Shown here one piece after another: positions 35,634-43,751 of a DNA stretch of 64,000 nt. The notes below the pieces were generated by a model, which made no database searches, was not told where the DNA came from, and worked only from the letters and a program-made list of their open reading frames with translations. A program made the position numbers and the translations under genes. Numbering within the stretch: position 1 is the first letter of the stretch; the number at the start of each line of letters is the position of its first letter. The stretch spans positions 1 through 64,000 of IMG/VR virus record IMGVR_UViG_2744054987_000003; one strand, written 5' to 3'. The stretch comes from a virus (taxonomy: Duplodnaviria; Caudoviricetes).

Positions 35634-35864
35634 CTAGCCATCCTCTCGGAAGCGACATGATTCACCCTCACTGCGTGCTGCGTGAAATTCAGCGCTCCAC
35701 TTTCGATTCAACTCCTCAAGCTCCACATCAGTGACACCGAGTGCATTTAATGCCTGTGTCGTCTCTTGACGCGCATCGTCTTCTTCTCTTGCACTACAAC
35801 AAAACTCACCAGCCACGGAACTCGACAGATATAGGATATGTAGAACGGCCTCTTCGCGCGTCAT
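35634..35864 (-). CDS. Hypothetical protein
   Basis: ATGA coupling; lower GC. Confidence 0.45.
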   Translation of the reverse strand: MTREEAVLHILYLSSSVAGEFCCSAREEDDARQETTQALNALGVTDVELEELNRKWSAEFHAARSEGESCRFREDG

Positions 35865-36150
35865 GCTGCTACCTCATCCACGCAGTAGCTGTCGATCCAG
35901 CTGGCGTAGCGCTCTTCCAAGCGCTCATGCCATTCACTGGGCCAGGGGTCGTCGTGTATCGCACCCAGCACCGACCCGGCGATGGCCGCAATCGAGTCGG
36001 AGTCGCCGTCGGTAAGCGCGGCACGACGCAGCGCCCGCACGGGATGATCGGGCAGCATGTCCACGCACAACAGCGCGCATGCCAGAGCGTCGGGCGCGTT
36101 CCAGCCGGGAAGCTCGCCAGAGGGATCGTCAGACCATGGGTTGTCCCTGA
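35861..36150 (-). pseudogene. C-terminal remnant of ADP-ribosylglycohydrolase (DraG/ARH)
   Basis: GW-x-A-x-x-ALA-x-A...TDGDSDSIAAIAG-x-x-LGA; N-terminal TDD motif and credible start missing. Confidence 0.75.
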
Positions 36151-36165
36151 TGCTAGCTAGCGTAG

Positions 36166-36423
36166 CTAGCCGTTGAGACTGCCGGGCGTGCCCACGGGAA
36201 CTTCCTGACCGAGCCAGTTGCACGGACGCAGGGTGGCGAAGGCGGTGAACGCACACTTGAGTGCAGGATCAGCGGCGGCGCACTGCGGCTGGCCGGGACC
36301 ACCACAGGTCTGCTCCATGCCGGGCACGGCCTGCGCCGGAGCACCGGACACCGCAGCCGTCGCGCTCAGCAGCACCGCAGCGATAGAGATGACATACAAC
36401 GATTTCTTCACAGAGATGTTCAT
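36166..36423 (-). CDS. Small secreted Cys-containing protein
   Basis: Signal peptide ending A-Q-A; 4 Cys; AT-rich upstream region with GGAG. Confidence 0.65.
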   Translation of the reverse strand: MNISVKKSLYVISIAAVLLSATAAVSGAPAQAVPGMEQTCGGPGQPQCAAADPALKCAFTAFATLRPCNWLGQEVPVGTPGSLNG

Positions 36424-36499
36424 ATTAGTATCTCTCCTGTCATTGAGAAGTTATTAATTACTATTCACTTGTCGTTGTGCTGCAGTCAATACCCCGAAG

Positions 36500-36730
36500 T
36501 CATGATCCGTAAAAAGGAGGCACAATCGCGGGAGGATACGGCTGGCACACCCCGTGCAGCGGGTCGTAGAAGCCACAGTTGTCGTGCGGCCCGTAGCCGG
36601 GATAGCCGGGCTGCGGATTGGCCGGGTAGTAGGGCGCACAGGCCCCGTGCGCCGGGTCATAGACGTTGCCGTCGCCGCAGGTATTGAACGGCGCGTGCTG
36701 GAGCCACAGCGCGGCCAGAATCGTGATCAT
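36500..36730 (-). CDS. Small putatively secreted protein with two YDP-x-HG-x-C-x-PY repeats
   Basis: Hydrophobic N-terminus; repeats shared with the 26-29 kb polyprotein. Confidence 0.6.
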   Translation of the reverse strand: MITILAALWLQHAPFNTCGDGNVYDPAHGACAPYYPANPQPGYPGYGPHDNCGFYDPLHGVCQPYPPAIVPPFYGS

Positions 36731-37014
36731 CGGTCTTCCCTTTCCCACGGTGTGACATAGCGACTGGCGATGATCTCGGCGTCGTCGGCGTCGGTGTCAT
36801 CCAACACAAGTCCGCTGACATCGCCGACGCGCCAGGACAGTTCGGGCCGGAGCTTCAGCGCGTTGATGACCTGGCTGGCGACGTGCTCGGCGTGAGAGCC
36901 TTCGGCAGACAGGCAGTCATCGCCGCACTGACACCACCAGGCCCGCCGGTCATGGTGCACCAACAGGTGCTGCTTGTGCACGCGGGCGATCTTCTTGACG
37001 ACGTCCCGCATCAC
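36727..37014 (-). CDS. Hypothetical protein (C-x-C...HAEHVA)
   Basis: Ends RYVTPW, similar to 50355-50711 (RWVSGW). Confidence 0.55.
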   Translation of the reverse strand: MMRDVVKKIARVHKQHLLVHHDRRAWWCQCGDDCLSAEGSHAEHVASQVINALKLRPELSWRVGDVSGLVLDDTDADDAEIIASRYVTPWEREDR

Positions 37015-37235
37015 GGCTTCCCATTCAGCGCAGGCTGGAAGACGACCGCGCCGTCGGGGCCGTAGTTGACGGTGCCGATGGCAGGAGGGTCAAAGGCGTC
37101 GTTGATAAGCTTCAGACCGTCCGCCGGACGCATCCCAGCCTTGCCCAGCGTCTCGCAAAGCTTCTCCCACAAATCGATTGCGGCGGCAACGGCCAGCAGC
37201 TCGTCGCTGGCCAGATCGTGTGGCACAGCGGTCAT
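37011..37235 (-). CDS. Hypothetical protein
   Basis: Coupled ORF. Confidence 0.5.
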   Translation of the reverse strand: MTAVPHDLASDELLAVAAAIDLWEKLCETLGKAGMRPADGLKLINDAFDPPAIGTVNYGPDGAVVFQPALNGKP

Positions 37236-37471
37236 TCCCACTCCTCGGGGTCGTAGTCGCACCAGTCGCCGCCCTCGTCGAGGTAGCTGATGCCTCCGGC
37301 GTTGGCGTAGTCGGGGATCATGTTGTTGTCGAACTGATACAGCGCCACCTGGTAGATGGTGTCGAGGATGAGCAGACCGACCTTGGGGTCATCGATCTCG
37401 CGCTCGAATGGCTTGCCGGGCACCTGATGGATGTACCAGAGCTTGAACTTGGTGGGCGTGAAGTCAGTCAT
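37232..37471 (-). CDS. P22 gp17-like (superinfection-exclusion-countering) protein
   Basis: W-x-I-x-QVP-x-KPF...Q-x-DNN-x-x-PDY-x-NA-x-G...W-x-D, recalled from the P22 gp17 family. Confidence 0.6.
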   Translation of the reverse strand: MTDFTPTKFKLWYIHQVPGKPFEREIDDPKVGLLILDTIYQVALYQFDNNMIPDYANAGGISYLDEGGDWCDYDPEEWE

Positions 37472-37743
37472 CGCAGTACCTCTTTCTCGAAAGTCCTGAA
37501 CGACGCACCGGCCATCAGCGGCTTGCGGTGATCGATAGCACAGCAGTGCGCGTACCGTCGAGCGTCGTCGAGTTGCTCCTCCGACGCACCGGCCCCAACA
37601 GCCTTTGAGCGCAAGACGTCTCTTACCGAGGCAGCGTCCTCCGTTTGCTCGCCGACAAGACCGCCGTACCTGCGAGAGAAATGCCAGTAGACCGCCGCGC
37701 CGTAGAGGTCCAAAGCGCGCTGAAGCTCGACCAGGTCACTCAT
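37468..37743 (-). CDS. Hypothetical protein
   Basis: Coupled ORF, GGAGG RBS. Confidence 0.5.
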   Translation of the reverse strand: MSDLVELQRALDLYGAAVYWHFSRRYGGLVGEQTEDAASVRDVLRSKAVGAGASEEQLDDARRYAHCCAIDHRKPLMAGASFRTFEKEVLR

Positions 37744-37937
37744 CAGCCGACCTCCTCTTCGGTGAACCAGGGACACATGTGCCCATGTTTGGTGGCGTAG
37801 TAGCGGTCATGATCGCAGGTGGCGCAGACATCGCTGTTGCTGTGCGAGCACCGGCGCGGGTCGATCCAGAGCCTGTCGCCACCAGAGACCCAGACATAAG
37901 GTGATTCAAGGGTCACGCTGACATCCGCGCCTTGCAT
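37743..37937 (-). CDS. Hypothetical protein
   Basis: Coupled ORF with Cys/His. Confidence 0.45.
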   Translation of the reverse strand: MQGADVSVTLESPYVWVSGGDRLWIDPRRCSHSNSDVCATCDHDRYYATKHGHMCPWFTEEEVG

Positions 37938-38082
37938 CGCAGCAAAGCCCTGTAGGCTTCGTCCTGGTCGCTGCCGACGCCGTAGACCTCGCGACCGTCG
38001 GCGGTGATGGCGGTGGCGGTGTAGATCCACTCGCCGTCGATGACCTCACTGGTGAACTCAACATCCATCATGGCTCCCTCAT

Positions 38083-38331
38083 TCATCGGGTCTTCTCCAG
38101 TTCGTTGATGACGTTCTCCAGCCAGTAACCTTTGCGGATACGCAAGGCCCAGCCAGGCAGGTCGGCGTCGAGGGTCTCGGCGACGGTCAGGGCGCGGGCG
38201 GCGGTGACGTAGCCGATCGCGGGCACGGTGTCGCCCCAGCGCTCCAGGATGGCGTAGGCCACGGCCTTGACCGACGGGCGGACCTTGGCGACGCGGATGT
38301 CTTCTTCACGGGTTCTTCCGATGACGTCCAT
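38083..38331 (-). CDS. Hypothetical protein with near-leaderless promoter
   Basis: TAGACA-N18-TAAAAT (38339-38368) lies 7 nt before the ATG. Confidence 0.55.
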   Translation of the reverse strand: MDVIGRTREEDIRVAKVRPSVKAVAYAILERWGDTVPAIGYVTAARALTVAETLDADLPGWALRIRKGYWLENVINELEKTR

Positions 38332-38365
38332 GGCTCCTATTTTACAGCATATGACCAAGGTTTGT

Positions 38366-38911
38366 CTAGTAGTCGCGAGAATCGCCGTACAGGAAGCGCT
38401 GCACATGGGGATTGCGCTGCGCGGTGCATATCGCGCAGCGGCACAACATGCGGTCCTTGCCGGTGTACCGACAGACGACGACCGGCGCTGGGATCTGCGC
38501 ATCGGCGATAACCTGCGCACGAGACAGCTGGATACTCCTATGCAGCATCCCGACAAGGCCGTCATCGGTCTCACGCGCAATGACGACCCCGTTGGGGAGC
38601 GTGACGGCGTTGGTGGGACGCTCCTGCGAATCGGACTTGGCCCAGAACTCCTCGAAGACGTCGATGGCAGGCGGGTAAGAGCCATAGAGGCCCTCGGACT
38701 TGTTCTCCAGCCACAGACGGTGCTGGCGCTCGGCGCGGGCCGCCAGCGCCTGAGTCTCGGACTGCTGGTGTAGCGACGTCACATCCATGAGCTGATCCCA
38801 CACCGATTGGAGCTGCTCTTCGGTGAAGATCTTCGACACGACCGTGCATGAAGTGCCGACAACAAGCATGAGAAACAAGACCACGTATCCAACGACGTCA
38901 GGAGCCATCAC
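38366..38911 (-). CDS. Membrane-anchored hypothetical protein
   Basis: N-terminal TM; ARA-x-x-QH...GLYG-x-YPPA; C-terminal Cys cluster. Confidence 0.55.
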   Translation of the reverse strand: MMAPDVVGYVVLFLMLVVGTSCTVVSKIFTEEQLQSVWDQLMDVTSLHQQSETQALAARAERQHRLWLENKSEGLYGSYPPAIDVFEEFWAKSDSQERPTNAVTLPNGVVIARETDDGLVGMLHRSIQLSRAQVIADAQIPAPVVVCRYTGKDRMLCRCAICTAQRNPHVQRFLYGDSRDY

Positions 38912-39083
38912 AACGCCTATACTTGCGGCCTAAACCCTCCGGCGTCACCCAGAAACTGCGTTCAGTGGCGAGGTTACGCGCCAGCAGCGAGCGGTTGCTA
39001 CGTCCAGAGCTGTCGCTGTCGGCGTCGATGATGATCTCGGCATCGTCGGTTTTGCGCCGCCAGCGCGTCCCTTCCAGGCCCAT
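38898..39083 (-). CDS. Hypothetical protein
   Basis: Coupled ORF. Confidence 0.5.
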   Translation of the reverse strand: MGLEGTRWRRKTDDAEIIIDADSDSSGRSNRSLLARNLATERSFWVTPEGLGRKYRRCDGS

Positions 39084-39364
39084 CAGGTCTCGATACCGTA
39101 GAAGCGCCGAATCCAGCGCGGGCTGAACTCGCCGTACTGCGCGGGATCATCAACGAAGGTCTGCGCACCACCGGGGGAGACCATCACCACCGGGCCGCCG
39201 TAGACGCTGCCGATGAAGCTGACCTTGAGCAGGTCGCTGTCGCTGCCGAAGTCGTTGTCGGCGCTGTCATAGCGGTAGCGCACGTCGACGTCGTAGGCGA
39301 TCTGTCCGGCGATGCCGTTGTGCCGGGTGACCTTGATGATCTGGCGGTCAATGACGGTCGTCAT
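39083..39364 (-). CDS. Hypothetical protein
   Basis: AAGGAG RBS. Confidence 0.55.
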   Translation of the reverse strand: MTTVIDRQIIKVTRHNGIAGQIAYDVDVRYRYDSADNDFGSDSDLLKVSFIGSVYGGPVVMVSPGGAQTFVDDPAQYGEFSPRWIRRFYGIET

Positions 39365-39366
39365 GG

Positions 39367-39663
39367 TCAGTGCTCCTTGCTGTTCCAGTGCGTCACTACG
39401 GCCTGCTTCGCGGTGACCAGGGATTGGCGGCCCGACAGAAACGGCACACGCTCGTGGCCGTCATCGGGCTGCGGGGTGCCCTGGGGCAGATACAGGATCA
39501 CCCACTGGCCGCCGAAACGACTGATGATGTAGCGCGCACCGTTGTCGTCGAGCGGCAGCGTCGAGTAGGCCGGATGGTTGCCGGTCCAGATGATCTTGCC
39601 GCCGGTGTTGCGTACGGGCTGAAAGCCCTTGAGGGCTTCGCCGAAGATGGGGTGGATGCTCAT
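39367..39663 (-). CDS. Hypothetical protein, leaderless
   Basis: TAGACA-N18-TATACT (39670-39699) lies 6 nt before the ATG. Confidence 0.6.
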   Translation of the reverse strand: MSIHPIFGEALKGFQPVRNTGGKIIWTGNHPAYSTLPLDDNGARYIISRFGGQWVILYLPQGTPQPDDGHERVPFLSGRQSLVTAKQAVVTHWNSKEH

Positions 39664-40254
39664 GCCATCAGTATACAGCAAGTGTCTAACTATTGTCTAG
39701 CCTCTGGGCGTAGTCAGGATGCGCCTGCGCAGGATCGGAAGTCCAACCCCACTGATCGATGCCGACGCCTTTCTCGCGCACCGGCCGATACCAAGTGGTC
39801 CCGCTGTCATCGGTGCGTGCCGGATACTGCTGTGCGACGTTCAGTCCCATTCCGCGTTACCTCGCTCATCGACCCAAATGCAGATTGCGGTGATCCCTCA
39901 ACCACTTCTTGGTGACTTTATCCTCGCGCGGGCCGACGTAGCGCTCTTTGCAGGTGGAGCACTCGAACATCTCGACGGGGCCGAGATGGCGGATCAGTCC
40001 CATGTCGCTGCCTCCACTTCTTCCGCGCACATCTCACAGTCCTCGATGGGTTCGCGATGGCGGCAGAGGCGCGGAGTCTGCACCCACTGCGCTGATTCTC
40101 CGGTCATTCCGGCCATGACACCGCTGCCACCATAGGCACCGAGTACCACGGGGACATGGTGGCCGCGCGGCACCGCCTCACAGACAGCAATGGGCACCCC
40201 GCCGATGCTGCCGACCGGCTCGTGGTCGGGCTGGCCGCAGAGCTGACATGGTCA

Positions 40255-40650
40255 TCACTCCACACCAGCCGTCGGAATCAGGCGGTTGGTGTACTGCGGG
40301 CAGTAGACGTGCACCGAGTCGTAGATGAACTGGTTAGCCTGGTGGTTAGGGATCGGCGGAACATCCAAATTGCGCTGTGTGCTGGTCATTCCGTTGTTGA
40401 TCACCAGCCAGATTTCGTACTGCTGAATATCGGAGCGGCCCTCGGCGGCACACACCTGGTGGGCTAGCGCGATATAGCCACGACGCAACTGCGGCGAGTT
40501 CTGATCGTGGATGCCGTGATGGTTGATCTTGTACAGGAACTCATCATCATCGGAGCGGGCACCGACTTCGTAGTGGATCGTCGCGCCGATGACCCACGCT
40601 ATTGCCAAACCGACCGCGATCCACAGAGCCTTTTTCCTGTTGATGCTCAT
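40255..40650 (-). CDS. DUF732-like secreted/membrane protein
   Basis: TM, then DDEFL...G...AHQVC...A-x-x-FI-x-x-SV-x-x-YCPQY. Confidence 0.75.
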   Translation of the reverse strand: MSINRKKALWIAVGLAIAWVIGATIHYEVGARSDDDEFLYKINHHGIHDQNSPQLRRGYIALAHQVCAAEGRSDIQQYEIWLVINNGMTSTQRNLDVPPIPNHQANQFIYDSVHVYCPQYTNRLIPTAGVE

Positions 40651-40880
40651 GCCGTCTCCTCACCAGATGCGCGCAGCCAGTCCAGCACGATGTCGCATTT
40701 GCCGGTATCGGCCAAAGAGTAGCGCTCGTTGCCGCGTGCGCACCAGAGAATGCCGCCGGGCCTGCTGTATTCGACGGTGACAGTCTGACCGTCGCGGGAG
40801 TAGTCGGTCGTCGTACGACCAGCGTGCGTCTGCCAGCCGTTATCTGCGGCAGCTTGATCGATCTGGTTGCGGGCGCTCAT
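40647..40880 (-). CDS. Hypothetical protein
   Basis: Coupled ORF. Confidence 0.5.
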   Translation of the reverse strand: MSARNQIDQAAADNGWQTHAGRTTTDYSRDGQTVTVEYSRPGGILWCARGNERYSLADTGKCDIVLDWLRASGEETA

Positions 40881-41155
40881 TTCGCTGTCTCCTCGGCGTT
40901 GCGCCATTCTTCGATGTCGGCTAGGAGCAGAGTCTCCGGCTCGCCGCCTTCCAGCCAGGGGACGCCGGGGTTGATCATCGACCGCCGGGTCAGTTTGCGC
41001 AGCAGCACAGTAGCTGCCCACTCCTCACCGCGTTCACGCAGCAGCTGTCCTGCCCGAAGCATCACGACCGGGTTGACGAAGCGGCTCTCGTCGGCCTGAC
41101 GACGTCCTGCGGCGTGCAGCTCGGCTAGACGCTCAGGGGTCAAGGTGGTTTTCAT
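40877..41155 (-). CDS. Hypothetical protein
   Basis: Coupled ORF. Confidence 0.5.
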   Translation of the reverse strand: MKTTLTPERLAELHAAGRRQADESRFVNPVVMLRAGQLLRERGEEWAATVLLRKLTRRSMINPGVPWLEGGEPETLLLADIEEWRNAEETAK

Positions 41156-41358
41156 GACTGGTCTCCGTAACTCTTGAGCCAGTTCTCCAACGACATCTTG
41201 AACGCGCCACGACTGGTCTCGTCGGTGGCGTAGGTGTAGTAGACCGTGTTCTTGCGTACCGAAGTAACCTTCATCGCGGTGGCGGTGCTGCCGTTGACGG
41301 TGAGATCGAGGAAGTGCCGGTGCACGAACGTAGTTCCTCGACGCGGGTAGGCACTCAT
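41152..41358 (-). CDS. Hypothetical protein
   Basis: Coupled ORF, GGAGG RBS. Confidence 0.5.
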   Translation of the reverse strand: MSAYPRRGTTFVHRHFLDLTVNGSTATAMKVTSVRKNTVYYTYATDETSRGAFKMSLENWLKSYGDQS

Positions 41359-41494
41359 GCGGTCCTCCGGCGAATCAGTTCCAGCTCGAAGCGCTGCGCC
41401 TTGCGACGGTCGATCTCGCCGACGTTGACGCCTGCGGCGATGGCGACACGATGCCGGTCGAGCCACGTCTGGATGCTGGCGGTGCTCAACTCGC

Positions 41495-41929
41495 TCATCG
41501 CACCTCCTCCAGCTTGTCCGCGACCGTGAAGTCGGCGCTGCCCCAGTGGACCTGACCGCCTTTGCCCTTGCCGCCGACCTTGCGGACCCGGATGCGCAGC
41601 GTGCCCCGGTCGTCGGTGATGACCGAGCCGACCTCGCGCAGGGTGTTCACCGCGTGGCGCTCCCAGTTCGCCGACCGGAAGCTGGACTGACGGCTGTTGT
41701 GGGTGTACACCAGATCGCCGACCTGAACCGAGCCGTTCTCGATCGCCGAGAACTCGCCCCAGTGCAGCGAAGCGAAGCGGTCGTTCTCGCGCAGCTTGGC
41801 GGTGACCTCCGCGTTGAGCTGGTGATCCAGACTCCACAGCTTGCGGTCACGGCTGACGCGAGGGGCTGCACCGCGCACGAAGCGGGGCATAACGAAGATG
41901 TCGGCGGCGGGGATGTCTGCTTTGCTCAT
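41495..41929 (-). CDS. Hypothetical protein, leaderless
   Basis: TGGACA-N17-TATACT (41936-41964) lies 6 nt before the ATG. Confidence 0.6.
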   Translation of the reverse strand: MSKADIPAADIFVMPRFVRGAAPRVSRDRKLWSLDHQLNAEVTAKLRENDRFASLHWGEFSAIENGSVQVGDLVYTHNSRQSSFRSANWERHAVNTLREVGSVITDDRGTLRIRVRKVGGKGKGGQVHWGSADFTVADKLEEVR

Positions 41930-42378
41930 GGGGCCAGTATACCAGACTCTCTAGTGGATGTCCAACGTTTGTCTATGACGGGCGCGGGAGCGATGGCCAG
42001 CCAGGCGGCGGCGAGAACGGCGGTCAGGGTGCGAGGCATCCGTCCGGGCCTAGATCGGCCAAAGCGCAGTCACCCCAGCGGGCCACGCCGTAGAGCAGTG
42101 CCAGCGCGACGATGACCGCCCCGAAGCCCAGGGCGGCGAAGACCACACGCGACGGCTTCACGGCGGCGACGCTAAGCGCGCGCCGTGCAAGCCCCAGATC
42201 AGCGCATCGCAGCCGTGAAAGCGTCGGAATTTCCTAATGTGGTGTCAAAAGCAATGTGGCCCACGCTGATAAACCCTCCTGGCGGGCGGCCTGCGGTTGT
42301 GCATCCCGCACATGCATAAAACCGGACCTTGTCAGGAAAGTTGACAATGTGGTCGGCCTTCGTTGTCGCGGACGCGAG

Positions 42379-43365
42379 CTATTCCCAGGTGATCTCGACG
42401 TAGCCATCGCCTGGGGTGCCCCCGCTTTGGGTCTGGTTGTTGCCACCGCAGGAGCCACCGGAGCCCGCCCCGTACTGTCCCGCGTCGCCGCCCGGCGCCT
42501 CGCCGTAGAGGGATCCGATGCCCGCGCCGCCACCGCCGCCACCGGGCCTGCCCGAGCCGCCGGAGCGTCCTGTCTGTCCGGTTGCTTCGCTGACGCTGGT
42601 GTTGCTGGTGCCACCCGGGCCGCCATTCGCGCTGAGGGAGTTTCCACCATCACCTCCGGTTGACCCGAAGACGCCCAGCCCGGAAACCCCGACGCCACCG
42701 CCACCACCCGGGCATCCACCTGTGGTGTTGTCGGGCGCATCGCCGCCGCTGCCGCCGCTTGGACTGCCGCCGCTGCCGCCCGCTGTGCCGTTGTGCCCGA
42801 CAACCCCAGTAACACCGGTGGCCGACCATGTGCCCCCGGCACCGCCAGCCACCGTTGATGACGCGTTGCCCCCCTTGCCGCCCTTGCCGCCATTAGCCGT
42901 GAGGACGACACTGCCTGAACTGAATCGACTGAGGCCACCGTCGTTGCCCGGCGAGGAGCCGCCGATCGCGCCGCCCCGGCCCGACGGTGCACCTCCCTGG
43001 CCGACAACCACCGAATACGTCGACCCGAGCAGTGAGACGGGGATGACGATCTCGTCGATGACCGCAGAGCCGCCACCACCGGATCCGCCGCCGCGGTTCG
43101 ACGACCCCGACCCGTATCCAGATCCACCCGAGCCTCCGCCACCGATCAACTTCTTGATGCGGACCTGCGTTGCACCGGCAGGTACCGGGTAGTTGGTGCG
43201 GGTCTGGTTGATCTCGGTGATCGGGGTAAATGACGGCCACACCTTGACGAATTGGCTGCCGTCCCAGATCCAAACACTGTCGGCGGCACTGATCGCTGAC
43301 CCGCTGCCGTAGGAGAAGTCTGGTTCAACGAAGCTGCTGCCGTTCCAGATTCGCGAATACGCCAT
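42379..43365 (-). CDS. Glycine-rich minor tail / receptor-binding protein
   Basis: WDG-x-x-x-x-KVWP, PAGAT...IGGGGSGG, G-x-x-G repeats, GDGYVEITW. Confidence 0.78.
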   Translation of the reverse strand: MAYSRIWNGSSFVEPDFSYGSGSAISAADSVWIWDGSQFVKVWPSFTPITEINQTRTNYPVPAGATQVRIKKLIGGGGSGGSGYGSGSSNRGGGSGGGGSAVIDEIVIPVSLLGSTYSVVVGQGGAPSGRGGAIGGSSPGNDGGLSRFSSGSVVLTANGGKGGKGGNASSTVAGGAGGTWSATGVTGVVGHNGTAGGSGGSPSGGSGGDAPDNTTGGCPGGGGGVGVSGLGVFGSTGGDGGNSLSANGGPGGTSNTSVSEATGQTGRSGGSGRPGGGGGGAGIGSLYGEAPGGDAGQYGAGSGGSCGGNNQTQSGGTPGDGYVEITWE

Positions 43366-43751
43366 CAGTCGTCCGTGTAGAAGTAAAAGAAAGCAATGCC
43401 ATCGCCACCGGAACCGCCAACGGGGCTACCTACACCGCCGATGCCACCCCCACTGGCACTAATGGCACCACAAGTTGTCGCTTGCCCCATGCTGCCTTGG
43501 CTAAAATAGGAAGTCCCCATGACCCATCCTTGACCGCTCCCGCCGCCGCCGCAGAGCACGCGGTCTCATTTAGTTGCCCCGTCCGGCCACGACACGCTGT
43601 AGTTGCCTACGGTGTCAACGGTGACTAGTTCTGGTTCAAACGGAACGATCGCGTCACCCCACTCCTGCCCAATCCAGGAACTCGACTCACGCCGCTGCGC
43701 GAATCCCGGCACCCACACTGTGCCGTTGAAAACCATGACGCCTTTGGACAT
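43365..43751 (-). pseudogene. Glycine-rich tail protein gene with a single in-frame TGA (43566-43568)
   Basis: WPDGATK*DRVLCGGGG reads in one frame; ends GGDGIAFFYFY. Confidence 0.75.

Noticed and set aside
42379-43365. Host PE_PGRS gene
   Set aside because: No PE domain; termini and context match phage glycine-rich tail proteins
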